Part shown: positions 8,124-17,590 of the stretch, in pieces
Position numbering within the stretch: position 1 is the stretch's first letter
Layout: the number at the start of each line of letters is the position of its first letter
NCBI GenBank assembly: GCA_048938005.1
Contig: JBHLMQ010000025.1
Location: 1-42,849, forward strand
DNA: 42,849 nucleotides
Reading direction: 5' to 3'
From: Promethearchaeota archaeon
GTDB taxonomy: Archaea > Asgardarchaeota > Lokiarchaeia > Sigyniarchaeales > SOKP01
Notes under the pieces: generated by a model
The model's input: only the letters and a program-made list of their open reading frames with translations
The model's database searches: none
What the model was told of the DNA's origin: nothing
Translations under genes and position numbers: made by a program

Positions 8124-10247
8124 CATAATTAAACTTTTAATAGTTTGAATTTTCTTTTCTAAATTTATTGCTTTAATAGACTTTCCTAAACCTGTTAGTT
8201 TAAGAATTAAAAATGATTCATAAGCATACCTTAAAGATTCTTTATAATCTAACTGCATATAATAACATCCAGCAATATTGTTGAGAAAATCTGCTTTGAT
8301 GGATAAATCATTTTGCTTCTCAGCAATTTTTAATCCATCTCTGAATATTTTCAAAGCATTAGTATATTCTTTTAGAAAATAGAGAGTTTTTCCAGTCCAA
8401 TTGTATAATTCCATTTCACTCTTTTCATCTTTCAATTCTCGAGATATTTCAATAGCATCTCTAAAGTAGTTTAACGCCTGGTCATAATCATTTTGATCAA
8501 AATGAACTTCCCCTACCTTACGTAAATGTAGAACTTTTCCTTCTCTATTATTAAGTTTTTCATCAAGTTCTAAAGCTTCTTTAAATTTATCCAAAGCAAT
8601 TGAATAATCATGCAAGTTTTGAAAAATCGTCCCAATATTATTAAGACATATAATTAAATTTTCAGTATCCTTTAATCTGCGAAAAATTTTCTCAGATTGT
8701 TGGAAATAATCCAATGCTAAATCATGATTATTTTGTTTATAATGAACTGATCCCATATTATTGATAACCATCGCTTTTTTCTTTAAATCACCAAGTCTTT
8801 CTGATAATTTTATAGCATTTTCAGAGAACTGTAAAGCATCAGAATACTTCTCTAATTCTTCATATACTTCTATTACACTATTTAAGATTCTTAATTCTTC
8901 CATGAGATTACCAGAGCTTTCCGCAAGTTCCACTGCTTTCTTATAGAACTCGAGAGCTTGTGGGAAATTTCTAATTCTTTCATTTATATCCCCTAAATTA
9001 CTTAAATAGACTAATTCTTGATTTTTCTTACCTAACTCATGGGCAAGTATTGCAGCTTCCTGAAAGTGTTCGATTGCTTCAGAAAAATTTCCCATTTTAT
9101 AATAAATCCATCCAATATTATTTAGAATTAGTTGTTTATGAAACTGGTCGCTATTTTCATTTACTTCTTCAAGAGCTCTAACACCGCACCTGAAAGAATC
9201 TTCAAACCTATTAAAGTTAAAATAAATTACATGAGGGATTAAATATTTCGTCATTATATTAGGGATGTCAATGTTTTCGAATAACCATTCACCAAATTCA
9301 AGTGTAAAATTACCTTCTCCAAGCTTAGGCTCAAAATTTAGTATTCTTTTTAAAAACCTGCTAATATTTGTATCAATCCTAATTAATTCTATATTTGGGT
9401 TTTGATTTTTAATCTCTAGGAGGATTTTACTTAACTTGTCCCTATTCTGAGTAGGACTTTCTCTATTTTTAGAGATTTCAGTAATTGTTTCAATATCTGT
9501 ATTATTTTCAGTATGGTTAATCCATATAATTCTCTTCATTTTATGGTATCTCTTTAAAATCGAGACGATATCATAATCATTTTGACCAGAATATCCTATT
9601 AAGATTATATTTGCTTTATTAAACAATTTGTTAAAAAGAACTCCTTTATGTGGTTCTACAAAAAATAAATTAAACTCAGTTTTAAAGGAACCTAGTTTTT
9701 TAATTAAGGAGAGAAAATAATCTTTAGTATCCCTTCCTGCTAATATATCTTTTGTTGATCCATGAATTTTAAACAAAAATTTTTTCCCTATATTTTTTTG
9801 ATCAACTATATCTTCAAACCGTCGATAATCCTCTTCAATTATAACTGAATTAATGGTATCAGCTTTAATATTTGATTGAATAATTGCATGTTCAATTAAG
9901 AAATCAAAATTAGTTGTAATAACATTAAAACCTCGATATATCATCTCCGATAAACAAAAGTGTATGATGTTGGGTTTATCACATTTTTCTAAATATCCTA
10001 ATATTTTTAATTCATCATCTATGAGACTTCTGATAATTTCTAATAATATTTCAAAACGTAATCCTTCTATTTCTAAAATATTTTCTATTTCTGATTTTGC
10101 ACATGTAAATTTGATAATTTCTTCCATTAATTTATTGGTGTTAGGTATACTAGAAGGTGGATCTATGGAGCATCCCGCTCCAACTATGATATTACTTTTT
10201 TGACTTTCATTTAAAAAAACTTTCAGTATTAAATCTTTTTCAACCAT
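8118..10247 (-). CDS. SIR2-like domain plus tetratricopeptide-repeat protein
   Basis: N-terminal GAGCS, ITTNFD, KIHGS and IGYSG SIR2-like motifs, followed by about nine TPR-like repeats (LNNIG..Y...A...F..A). Confidence 0.88.
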   Translation of the reverse strand: MVEKDLILKVFLNESQKSNIIVGAGCSIDPPSSIPNTNKLMEEIIKFTCAKSEIENILEIEGLRFEILLEIIRSLIDDELKILGYLEKCDKPNIIHFCLSEMIYRGFNVITTNFDFLIEHAIIQSNIKADTINSVIIEEDYRRFEDIVDQKNIGKKFLFKIHGSTKDILAGRDTKDYFLSLIKKLGSFKTEFNLFFVEPHKGVLFNKLFNKANIILIGYSGQNDYDIVSILKRYHKMKRIIWINHTENNTDIETITEISKNRESPTQNRDKLSKILLEIKNQNPNIELIRIDTNISRFLKRILNFEPKLGEGNFTLEFGEWLFENIDIPNIMTKYLIPHVIYFNFNRFEDSFRCGVRALEEVNENSDQFHKQLILNNIGWIYYKMGNFSEAIEHFQEAAILAHELGKKNQELVYLSNLGDINERIRNFPQALEFYKKAVELAESSGNLMEELRILNSVIEVYEELEKYSDALQFSENAIKLSERLGDLKKKAMVINNMGSVHYKQNNHDLALDYFQQSEKIFRRLKDTENLIICLNNIGTIFQNLHDYSIALDKFKEALELDEKLNNREGKVLHLRKVGEVHFDQNDYDQALNYFRDAIEISRELKDEKSEMELYNWTGKTLYFLKEYTNALKIFRDGLKIAEKQNDLSIKADFLNNIAGCYYMQLDYKESLRYAYESFLILKLTGLGKSIKAINLEKKIQTIKSLIMS

Positions 10248-10264
10248 AATAAGATAATTTAATT

Positions 10265-10408
10265 TTACTTTTTTGGAATTGAAAAGTAGAATATAGTACC
10301 CTTATTTCTTCCTTCAGATTCGAGCCAAATCTCTTCATCATGTAGATCAACAAGTTTTTTAGTGTTGTATAACCCAAGTCCAGTCCCTTCAATTGCTACG
10401 TCCCATCC
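10265..10408 (-). pseudogene. Remnant of a sensor histidine kinase (C-terminal HATPase_c G2 box to stop)
   Basis: Manual translation GWDVAIEGTGLGLYNTKKLVDLHDEEIWLESEGRNKGTIFYFSIPKK*. The G2 box (GTGLGL) and terminal strands are present; the H, N, G1 and F boxes are absent. An in-frame ATG at 10444 would give 59 aa. Confidence 0.85.
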
Positions 10409-10556
10409 GATTATATTTAATAATTTTAGATTAATATAAGTCATTCTTTTATTAATAACAGTAACTATAAATCCTTAGTAATAGTAGTTTTATTTATATC
10501 TTACCCTATTATAACATTTACGTAATAGTTATATAAACAATCCAAAGTCAATTTTA

Positions 10557-11585
10557 TTATAAAATATATTTTTTTAAGAATTCATAATTTTCAATTTTAG
10601 TTGTCATAACACCACTTAAATCATTATAATCTGTACCAAAAATTACTTGTCCACCAGATTCCTCCAAATCAGAATATCTTAATGTTAACATAGCAGCATA
10701 ATTTAATGTTTCTTCATCAAACTCTCCTTGTAGAATTGTAATCGGTCCAGGGACTTCCTTAGCTTCCAAAATCAACTCATTGGGCTTTCTAAGATTAAGT
10801 AGCATTTTATTTTCAGTCTCATTTCTCCCCACAATTATTTTCGATTTTTTATAACGGAAATGCCGTCCATACTTTAAAATAAGTATATCCTCCATTTTCG
10901 GATTCTTATTAAATTCGAGGTAATCTCTCATACGATTAGCAAAATTTTTATCTGTTAATAGACAACCTCCACAAGCATAATAATTTTCTAACAATACATG
11001 TTCTTTAGCTAACTCTAATTGTATTTTTCTGCTCCTTCCTTTTATTCCCATTAATTTTTTCCGATCTATTAATCCCTGTTTTTCATAAATTGTTGGTTTT
11101 AACTGAAGTGCAGATAATGGTCTTAAGAGCTTTCCTTCAAGCCCAGATTCTTTTTCTACAAGCTTAAGCGCCTTCATATGTTGAGATTTTGGTCTTTGAT
11201 TAAGAACCTCTCCAGTAAAAATAAAATCTGCATCTACTTCTTTCATAAATTCTTTTGCTTTCTTTAAAATATATATTCGGCAATCAATACAGGGATTTAG
11301 ATTTTTTCCATATCCAAATTTGGGATTACGGATTATTTCTAAATAATCATCCCCTTTTGGTAAATGGTAAACTTTTATTCCAAGCCTCTCATGAAATAAT
11401 TCTAATCCACATTCTGAATGACTAAGAACTTTGTTGCAAAGACAAAAAGGAGACGTTAAATTAAGGCCAATAACTTTGATTCCCTGCAATTGTATTAAAA
11501 GACAAGCTGTTAAACTATCTAATCCTCCAGAAACTAATCCCAAGCCAATTAATTGATTCCTTTTTACGCCAGCTTCGTTAACCAT
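10557..11585 (-). CDS. PP-loop tRNA thiouridylase-like protein (ThiI/MnmA-related) with C-terminal DUF814/NFACT-R-like domain
   Basis: SGGLDS PP-loop, NPCIDCR, TGEVLNQRPKSQ, CGGCLLTD, GRHFR...IVGRNE.EN. Confidence 0.85.
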   Translation of the reverse strand: MVNEAGVKRNQLIGLGLVSGGLDSLTACLLIQLQGIKVIGLNLTSPFCLCNKVLSHSECGLELFHERLGIKVYHLPKGDDYLEIIRNPKFGYGKNLNPCIDCRIYILKKAKEFMKEVDADFIFTGEVLNQRPKSQHMKALKLVEKESGLEGKLLRPLSALQLKPTIYEKQGLIDRKKLMGIKGRSRKIQLELAKEHVLLENYYACGGCLLTDKNFANRMRDYLEFNKNPKMEDILILKYGRHFRYKKSKIIVGRNETENKMLLNLRKPNELILEAKEVPGPITILQGEFDEETLNYAAMLTLRYSDLEESGGQVIFGTDYNDLSGVMTTKIENYEFLKKYIL

Positions 11586-11824
11586 AATTTTTAACTTAAA
11601 ATTTATCTTTTTACTCTAAGCAAACAATAGTTTGTTTAAAAAAAGATGTTTTAATTATAAATACTTAAAAGATCTTAATCATTTATTTTTTACTTTAGTC
11701 TTTTATAATTCAATTATAAGAATCTAAATAGAAAAGTAAAAAAAAAATCAAGGATAAATTTTTATATAATATTAGTGAAATTTTTTAATAAATTACGAGA
11801 TTTATAAAAATTTTATGCTAGTAT

Positions 11825-11941
11825 GCCAGCGTATCCGAGTAGTTAAGGAGGCGGCCTATAAAACCGAAGTTATGTTTCGGTTTTAGCCGAAGCAGAGCCG
11901 TTGCGAAAGCATCGTGGGTGCAAATCCCACCGCTGGCTCCA
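11825..11941 (+). tRNA. tRNA-Cys(GCA) with a 34-nt intron (11858-11891), long variable arm and encoded CCA
   Basis: Acceptor stem GCCAGCG/CGCTGGC, discriminator T plus CCA, T-arm GTGGG-TGCAAAT-CCCAC, anticodon stem GCGGC/GCCGT. Removing the BHB-bounded intron yields the loop CT-GCA-GA. The gene lies immediately upstream of cysS. Confidence 0.93.
11858..11891 (+). other. tRNA intron at non-canonical position 33/34 with a bulge-helix-bulge motif
   Basis: Central helix CGGC/GCCG, 3-nt bulges CT|A and AA|G, intron hairpin TAAAACCGAA...TTCGGTTTTA. Confidence 0.88.
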
Positions 11942-11975
11942 TTAATTATGTTCGATTCTTTAGTGATCCCAAACT

Positions 11976-13421
11976 ATGAAGGTATACAATAGTTTAACAT
12001 TCAAGAAAGAAGAATTCAAGACAATAATACCAAATGAAGTTTTAATGTATGTATGCGGCCCTACAGTCTATGATAGTCCTCATCTTGGACATGCGAAATC
12101 AGCTGTAACTTTTGATCTAATTCGAAGATATCTTGAATTTAAGGGTTTTAAAGTTAATATGGTTAAAAATTATACTGATATCGATGATAAAATAATTGCA
12201 AGAGCAAACGAAAAAAATGTCGAATTTAGAGAATTGAGTGAACAATACATTAAAGAATATAAAGAGATAATGGAAATATTGAATATAAAAAAAGATTCAA
12301 AAAATCCAAGAGCAACTGAAGTTATTAACTTTATGATCGATTTCATTCAAGGATTAATTTCTAAAGGTCATGCCTATGAGAAAAAAGGATCTGTATATTT
12401 CTCTGTTAAATCCTTCCCTAAATATAATTCTATTTTACAAAATGTAAAGGGTGAAACAATAGAAGATGAAGAACAGGATTATCTTGGTGATCAAGATACT
12501 GCTTATGGAGATGATAAATTAGATATAAGAGATTTTGCTTTATGGAAGAAGATGAAAGAAGGAGAACCTTATTGGGAAAGTCCATGGGGAAAGGGGCGCC
12601 CTGGTTGGCATATTGAGTGTTCTGCAATGGCTATGAATTTCTTAGGGGAAACTATTGATATACATGGAGGTGGCCAAGATTTAAAATTTCCCCATCATCG
12701 AAATGAAATTGCACAATCAGAATCCTATACAGGGAAACCTTTTGCCAATTATTTTATCCATAATGGATTTGTTAATGTGGATGATGAAAAAATGTCTAAG
12801 AGCTTAGGTAACTTCTTTTTAGTTTCAGAGGTAGTAAAAAAGTATGACCCAATGGTAGTGAGATGGTTCCTTATTGCGAGTCACTATAGAAGTTCTGTGA
12901 ACTATTCGCTGGAAAATATGGAGCAAGCAAAAAAAAATTATAATAAAATTGTAAATACAATCAAAAAGATAAATGAAACAATTACAGTAGAAAATGGATC
13001 TAAAGAGCTGAGGACCTTAATTTCTAAAATTGAAGAATCTCAATCAAAAATCATTGAAGCTATGGATGATGATTTTGATACGCCTGTAGCTATTGCAGAA
13101 ATTTTATCTTTATTTCGGGAATTAAATAAAGCTCTATTGGAGGAGAAAGTCGAAATAACTGAAAATTTCAAAGATTACTTTTTCAAATTTATTAAAGAAC
13201 TAGATGAAATTTTTGGATTATTCCCCATATTGAAAAAGGACTTACAATTAGGGGTTAAAGAGGTTTTTGATGATAAAGATACCTTAATAAAAAACCTAAT
13301 TGATATTATAAAGGACACACGTATAAAACTTAGAGAACGAAAGATATATGATTTAAGTGATGAAATTCGTAAAATACTTAGAGAATTAGGAATAAATATT
13401 GAGGATCAAAAAAGAAAATAA
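11976..13421 (+). CDS. cysS: Cysteine--tRNA ligase
   Basis: MYVCGPTVY, HLGH (HIGH), NYTDIDDKII, GRPGWHIECSAM, DIHGGGQDL.FPHH, KMSKSLGN. Confidence 0.98.
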   Translation: MKVYNSLTFKKEEFKTIIPNEVLMYVCGPTVYDSPHLGHAKSAVTFDLIRRYLEFKGFKVNMVKNYTDIDDKIIARANEKNVEFRELSEQYIKEYKEIMEILNIKKDSKNPRATEVINFMIDFIQGLISKGHAYEKKGSVYFSVKSFPKYNSILQNVKGETIEDEEQDYLGDQDTAYGDDKLDIRDFALWKKMKEGEPYWESPWGKGRPGWHIECSAMAMNFLGETIDIHGGGQDLKFPHHRNEIAQSESYTGKPFANYFIHNGFVNVDDEKMSKSLGNFFLVSEVVKKYDPMVVRWFLIASHYRSSVNYSLENMEQAKKNYNKIVNTIKKINETITVENGSKELRTLISKIEESQSKIIEAMDDDFDTPVAIAEILSLFRELNKALLEEKVEITENFKDYFFKFIKELDEIFGLFPILKKDLQLGVKEVFDDKDTLIKNLIDIIKDTRIKLRERKIYDLSDEIRKILRELGINIEDQKRK

Positions 13422-13705
13422 AAGGGATTTCTGCCTTTAAATGGATATTTTATCCGAAAGATTAATACTTTTTTCACATCCAATCCCAAATTTCTATCTA
13501 TTAAATAGGAATAAAAAAAAAGATTGAAAGCAAAGTTAGGTTCCTTTAATTATTAAGTTTTTTTCATATCAATCCGAAATAAGTAGAACATTTAGAGTTA
13601 TCATCTTCATTTTTGATTTAAAAATCGGACTACTAATCTCTTATAATCTTCTTTTTTTTATTTATAATTAAAAAACACACTTTTGAAAATTTATAAGTGA
13701 AGAAA

Positions 13706-13840
13706 ATGAAAAAAGGTCCTATTTGTTTAATATATTATGCCATAAAAAACCATAGTAAGGCAAAATTAGAACAAAAAGAAATCGTATCTGAATTTGAAGA
13801 AATTTCTTCTCAATCTGAAATTTATGATTCAGCTCAATGA
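13706..13840 (+). CDS. Candidate 44-aa microprotein
   Basis: ATG..TGA ORF MKKGPICLIYYAIKNHSKAKLEQKEIVSEFEEISSQSEIYDSAQ in an otherwise empty 500-bp gap. Purine-rich leader and TATA-like sequence upstream. Confidence 0.35.
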   Translation: MKKGPICLIYYAIKNHSKAKLEQKEIVSEFEEISSQSEIYDSAQ

Positions 13841-13917
13841 GTTTAACTTTAATATAATAAAAAATCTTATTTAAAAAGAATCAAACGTTCTATCAAGAAT
13901 TTTTACTTCAAGATATG

Positions 13918-14217
13918 TTATCTTTCAGTATATCCGACAAAACCAGCAAGTAATATTAAAATTCCACCTATTATACTAGTAAATACAATCATAACAATGC
14001 CTATAACTACACAAATTATCCAATTTAATTCAATAAATTTGTAAGGAATCACGACACTTAATATAATAATCGCGCCTAAAATTATGGAGATTATTAATAA
14101 AATTATTCTTGTACTTTCTATATTTCTATCGCTAAATCCCAGAATTGCTTCAATTATTGCGATAGCCCCACCAAGAACGGCTAATAACTTCATTAATTCT
14201 TCAGTTCTCATCTTCAT
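13918..14217 (-). CDS. Small multi-pass membrane protein
   Basis: 99 aa, almost entirely hydrophobic helices with GG motifs. Confidence 0.8.
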   Translation of the reverse strand: MKMRTEELMKLLAVLGGAIAIIEAILGFSDRNIESTRIILLIISIILGAIIILSVVIPYKFIELNWIICVVIGIVMIVFTSIIGGILILLAGFVGYTER

Positions 14218-14354
14218 AACCTACTTTTCTTATAGTAGAATAAAATCTATTAATAGAACTATTGCAATTTAATATATTTATTTTTTTTTAATGATCAAAT
14301 AAAAAATAAAAATAAATAAAACATTTACAGTAAAATTTTTCGATTAATATTTTA

Positions 14355-14939
14355 TTACGAAGAATGTTTTAAGAGGGAATTCCAATTCTTAATACATTCT
14401 TCTGAGCTTACCCCAAAAAATTCCTCTATTCTTTCCCAATTATTAATATGATTGAGAAATCCCCCTTCATAAGCATTATTTATGGCATTGGCGATATTAT
14501 ATATATGCTCATCTTCTGAAGAATAGATTTTTAACTGAAATCCATGTCTTTTCAAATTTAATCTTGCTGGTTCTTTAACTTTATTATTAAGTTCAATATA
14601 TAATTTTAAAGATGGAATAAGAAAATAATACTTATGTACTCTTTTCTTCCTGCCATATGCATAGAAATAGCAAGGTTTTTCACAGGGATTATTAATTCTC
14701 TTTAAATTTTTAAATGCAAGTTGGTATTTTTGTTCTAACATTTTAATGATAATTCTTGCAGTATCTGTAATAATTCCTGAAGAGTGGCCATAAGAACGTA
14801 AAAAAATAAGAGTCTTATCTAATCCCGATCTTATGTTTTTGATTGATTTAGGTTGCCCATATAGAATTGTTAAAGGAAAGTTAGTGAAACCCATTCTTTC
14901 AGCAGCATTTTCAACTTTTAAATATTTATCAGGACCCAT
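14355..14939 (-). CDS. Hypothetical protein
   Basis: 194-aa ORF with a GAGGGAG leader upstream of the ATG; no recognised motif. Confidence 0.75.
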   Translation of the reverse strand: MGPDKYLKVENAAERMGFTNFPLTILYGQPKSIKNIRSGLDKTLIFLRSYGHSSGIITDTARIIIKMLEQKYQLAFKNLKRINNPCEKPCYFYAYGRKKRVHKYYFLIPSLKLYIELNNKVKEPARLNLKRHGFQLKIYSSEDEHIYNIANAINNAYEGGFLNHINNWERIEEFFGVSSEECIKNWNSLLKHSS

Positions 14940-15126
14940 TAATTCTCCCTCTAGTAATTTATTTTAAATATAAATTAGTTATAAAAATATTAAAAAAATT
15001 ATAAATGTATATCTATTCCTAGTATTGTTCTAATTACATTATAGCTTGTTGATGAGAAACTGAATTTAAAATAGTATGATTCTTAATGTCATTGATCTTA
15101 TTTAAAAAATAAAAATAGGAAGATCT

Positions 15127-16848
15127 TTAGGTACTATTTATTATTTTCATTTTTGGAGTATAATAGTTGCCAATTTCATAATTATTGAAATTAATGCTAT
15201 AGTGATTACGCCAATGAGCTTTAACATCTTGTAGCATTGCTTCCATAACGCTTTCTTTTACTTTTCCCTCAGCGCATATAGTAGTACCCATCGGTGTTGC
15301 TGTAATTTCTCCATCTTTAACAACAATTTGACCATCTTTTATAGTATAGGCTGCTAAAGAAAAGGCTTTCTCTATTGTGTGACCATCCGACTTTTCCGGA
15401 TCTAACTTGTAAATCGCAACATCTCCAATTGCTCCAACGCCTAAATGCCCCCTATCTGTCATCCCTAAGCATTTGGATGTTCCAGCTCGAGTTATTATGG
15501 AAATTTCATGTAATGTTAATTCGCGATCAATATCTTTTAATTGAGATTTTTCGGTGGCTTTTTTGGAACATTGATTTAAAAGAACATCATCTCTAGATTT
15601 CTTATCCATGAGCCAACGGATTATTTGAGGATATGATGTAAATGGCCCTCCATTTGGATGATCAGTAGTCATAAAAACTTGCCATGGATTTTTAGTTAAA
15701 AGCATAAGTTCTAACCCTACTGCCCATTGAATAGCATTTACAGCTACTTTTGGATTAAACAGGTAAGGCACAATTCCAGATCCCGATTCTCCTTCAACTT
15801 GTCCATTTATCCATTTAACTCCGGGTTTAACCCCCCATGCTGAAGTACCACCAATATGATGCAAAGCAAATTCCCAAGGACCATCTGCTGTCATTGTTGT
15901 GGTTGCAGCTTTACCAAAAATAACTTGCCCAGCATCTATAGTAACGTGATCATGTGAATTTAAATATTCAGTTATATCTGCGGCACCAGATTCAAAATCG
16001 CCCCAATTAGTTCCACCATATGCATTAAATTGACAATGAGTAAGATGAAAAGCTGATTTTCTTCCATCTTTTGGTTTAATTTTATCAACAGCTTTAAATG
16101 TTTCAAGTGTATGTTCTTTATTCCCCGGATGTCCTAAATTATTGGCATGTACATGAATTGTATGGGGTAACTTTAAGATTTCATTGACTTTTGATAAGCT
16201 TTCAACAATTTCTCTTGGAGTGACTTCGAAATGAAAGACATGATCATCAAGAGAATTTACATTTTTTCCCCAAGTCCAATTTTCTACTCCACCAGGATTT
16301 ACAATTTTTACAGCATAACCTTTTACAGCGTTTAGGATCCAAGCTATATATGCTGCTAATTTTTCATAATTCTTTTGTTTGACATATTCCATGACGAACC
16401 AATTATTACCGAAAAGAGGAAATGCTGCCTTATCTATAATAGGCATATCTAAGAACTCTTCATGGGTATGTCGAGCTTTTAGCAGTGGCATTGCTGGCTC
16501 TACCACAGTAGTGTATCCTAATCTAGCATATCGGTATCCAGTCACCCATGTTGAAGGGACTGACCAGCCAGTTCCACTACGTGTTAACTTGGTTCTTTTT
16601 TCATTAAATTCTTCAAGCTTATCATCAGGTCTAAATGAACGTCCAAGATTTACTTTAGTTCCGGCAATATGAGAGTGTATGTCAACCCCTCCTGGCATAA
16701 TAATCATTCCAGAAGCGTCAATTACTTTTGCATCTCCATTGACTTTTTCTACTATAACACCATCCTTAATATGAATTTCTTTCTTTTCACCATCAATGTT
16801 GTTTAATGGGTCGTAAACTAAGCCGTTCTTTATTATTAGGTCGCTCAT
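15127..16848 (-). CDS. fwdA: Formylmethanofuran dehydrogenase subunit A (amidohydrolase)
   Basis: MPGGVDIHSHIAG, Y..LGYTT..EPAMP...ARHTHEE, K.VNPGG, HVHANNLG.PGN, TTDHPNGGPF. Confidence 0.96.
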   Translation of the reverse strand: MSDLIIKNGLVYDPLNNIDGEKKEIHIKDGVIVEKVNGDAKVIDASGMIIMPGGVDIHSHIAGTKVNLGRSFRPDDKLEEFNEKRTKLTRSGTGWSVPSTWVTGYRYARLGYTTVVEPAMPLLKARHTHEEFLDMPIIDKAAFPLFGNNWFVMEYVKQKNYEKLAAYIAWILNAVKGYAVKIVNPGGVENWTWGKNVNSLDDHVFHFEVTPREIVESLSKVNEILKLPHTIHVHANNLGHPGNKEHTLETFKAVDKIKPKDGRKSAFHLTHCQFNAYGGTNWGDFESGAADITEYLNSHDHVTIDAGQVIFGKAATTTMTADGPWEFALHHIGGTSAWGVKPGVKWINGQVEGESGSGIVPYLFNPKVAVNAIQWAVGLELMLLTKNPWQVFMTTDHPNGGPFTSYPQIIRWLMDKKSRDDVLLNQCSKKATEKSQLKDIDRELTLHEISIITRAGTSKCLGMTDRGHLGVGAIGDVAIYKLDPEKSDGHTIEKAFSLAAYTIKDGQIVVKDGEITATPMGTTICAEGKVKESVMEAMLQDVKAHWRNHYSINFNNYEIGNYYTPKMKIINST

Positions 16849-17148
16849 CGTACTTTTCCCTAGTTATCTGTATGAACTTGATACTTTTTTGTAATTAATA
16901 TCATTTGGAATAAATCCAATATTTTAAAGAATCTATTATTTTTATAAAATCTTATTATATATTTTAAGTGTAATAACCTAATCCATTTTAGAGTATATAT
17001 GAGTAAAAATTGCAATTTTTATTTTTATGTTTAAACTTAAATAAAAGATCTTTTTCACTTAGTTTGTTTAAAAAAAATTAGAAGGGTTGTTAGTACTAAT
17101 ACATCTATGGAGGATTATTATTTACTAAAAGTTATCAGGTACTTCTCT

Positions 17149-17526
17149 ATGATACGAATTATTATCGTTAGCGATGACCAATCACTTCAAAGGTTTTATG
17201 CTTTAACATTAAAAGAAGCTGGTTTTGAGATATTGGACACTGCTATTAATGGAAAAAATGCTATTGAGAAATATAATAAGTTGGAAGTGAAACCTGAGAT
17301 AATCTTAATGGATCATCGAATGCCAATAAAAAATGGGCTCGATGCTATGGCTGAGATTTTACAAATAAATAGTCATAAAAAGATTATTTTTGCCAGTGCT
17401 GATGTTAGTGTAAAAGAAAAAGCTAAATCTCTCGGAGCTTGTGCTTTTCTTGATAAACCATTTAAGATGCATAAATTAATAAATACTATTCAGCATATTG
17501 TAAAAGAATTGATTATAAAAAGTTAA
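17149..17526 (+). CDS. Stand-alone response-regulator receiver protein (CheY-like)
   Basis: IIIVSDD, ILMDHRMP..NG, FASA and KPF. The second ATG (17149) gives a single-domain size; the track start is 17107. Confidence 0.9.
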   Translation: MIRIIIVSDDQSLQRFYALTLKEAGFEILDTAINGKNAIEKYNKLEVKPEIILMDHRMPIKNGLDAMAEILQINSHKKIIFASADVSVKEKAKSLGACAFLDKPFKMHKLINTIQHIVKELIIKS

Positions 17527-17566
17527 TTTCTATATAGAAAAATAAATATTTTCTTTTTTATATAAG

Positions 17567-17578
17567 AAAAAAAAAAAA
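17567..17578 (-). terminator. Oligo-T terminator candidate
   Basis: A12 run on the + strand, just 3' of the minus-strand gene ending at 17591. Confidence 0.45.
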
Positions 17579-17590
17579 TTAGATTTTAAA

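Noticed and set aside
11825-11941. tRNA-Sec, tRNA-Ser or tRNA-Leu identity because of the long variable arm
   Set aside because: The 7/5 acceptor/T-stem geometry, U73 and the BHB-defined GCA anticodon point to Cys.
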